This document shows, one piece after another, positions 63,176 through 64,000 of a DNA stretch of 64,000 nucleotides. The DNA is from Squalus acanthias (Eukaryota), in NCBI GenBank assembly GCA_030390025.1, contig CM059432.1:32738001-32802000 (forward strand), in the 5' to 3' direction. The position numbers were made by a program, and so were the translations under genes. A model generated the notes under the pieces. That model saw only the letters and a list, made by a program, of their open reading frames with translations. It made no database searches and had not been told where the DNA came from. Within the stretch, counting starts at the first letter, position 1. Every line of letters begins with the position of its first letter.

Positions 63176-64000
63176 GGGGACTTCAATTACCCCAATATAG
63201 ACTGGGAAGTAACAGTGTAAAATTTGTTGAAAATATACAATACGGTTTCCTGACTCAACATGTTAATGAAGTAATTAGGGATGATCATATATTAGATCGA
63301 GTGTTTAATAATGAGCCTGACCTCGTATTGGGCCTCCATGTGGGGGAGCATCTGGCCAACAGTGACCACAACATTATACAGTTTCAATTGGCTGGTAGAA
63401 CTAAAGGTACGGAGAATCTGCAACTCGTACCAGATTTCAAAAGAGCAAACTTGACTAAAATGGCAGATGATTTGGAACAGGTAAATTTGCTAACCCTACT
63501 GGCTGGTGATGAGACCGATGTAGAATATAAATGGAAAGTATTTAAGAACAAGATAAAAAATGTGGAAAACAAATATGTACCCAAAGTCAAAAGAAGGAAG
63601 TGTGGTAAGAAAAAAACAAAGTGGCTGACTGGTTAGGTACAAAGACAAATAAGATGTGAACAGAAATGTTTTTATAAATTAAAGGTATTTAATACTCAAC
63701 TAAACAGAGTTGAGTACAAGGAATAACTAAAGAACACGAAGGCTGCTATTAGATCAGCTAAAAGGCTGATGGAAAAAAGGATCGTAGACAACTGTGGGAA
63801 AAGCTTTTTCAGTTATGTGAAGAATCACAGAACTGTCAAAGACTGTAATGAGCCATTGAAAGATGTTCAAGGACAGGTTACAAAGGATTCACTGGGTATG
63901 GCGGGAATATTAAATGAGTACTGTACTTTGCATTGGTCTTCACCCTTGAAAATGATGCTTGACTGATGCTCAACTATTAGAATTGAATAATGTTTCTAAC

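Larger units (their letters stand above)
62385..63970 (+). mobile_element. Degraded CR1 endonuclease/tether region interrupted by L2
   Basis: AITETWL, IPGYKVFRKDR, VYCRPPN, GDFNYPNIDW (resumes at 63176), LANSDHNII. Confidence 0.8.

Overview
This is vertebrate nuclear DNA, very probably from a cartilaginous fish (shark), judged from its repeat content: CR1 LINEs with (TTCTATGT)/(TTCTTATG) tails, L2 LINEs with (TTG)n tails, tRNA-headed Deu-domain SINEs, an RTE LINE, Penelope ends and MITEs. The only host coding sequence I can support is the first coding exon of SCAP on the minus strand (exon 44768-44559, CDS 44680-44559). I found no other SCAP coding exon, so the rest of the window appears to be intron. 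Most of it is nested retrotransposon debris, and nearly all long ORFs in the track are LINE fragments or their antisense shadows. The most interesting items are two uORFs just before the SCAP start codon, an intact-core minimal hammerhead ribozyme in a Penelope-type end (plus a degenerate copy), and a candidate 71-nt poison exon in unique intronic DNA. Also notable are two CR1 copies interrupted at the same position by different retroelements, a full-length CR1 with a monomer-like 5' UTR and intact esterase ORF1, and several PIF/Harbinger relics. I see no evidence for a genuinely novel multi-gene system. Family names come from motif recognition, not database searches, and the ends of degraded repeats are approximate.
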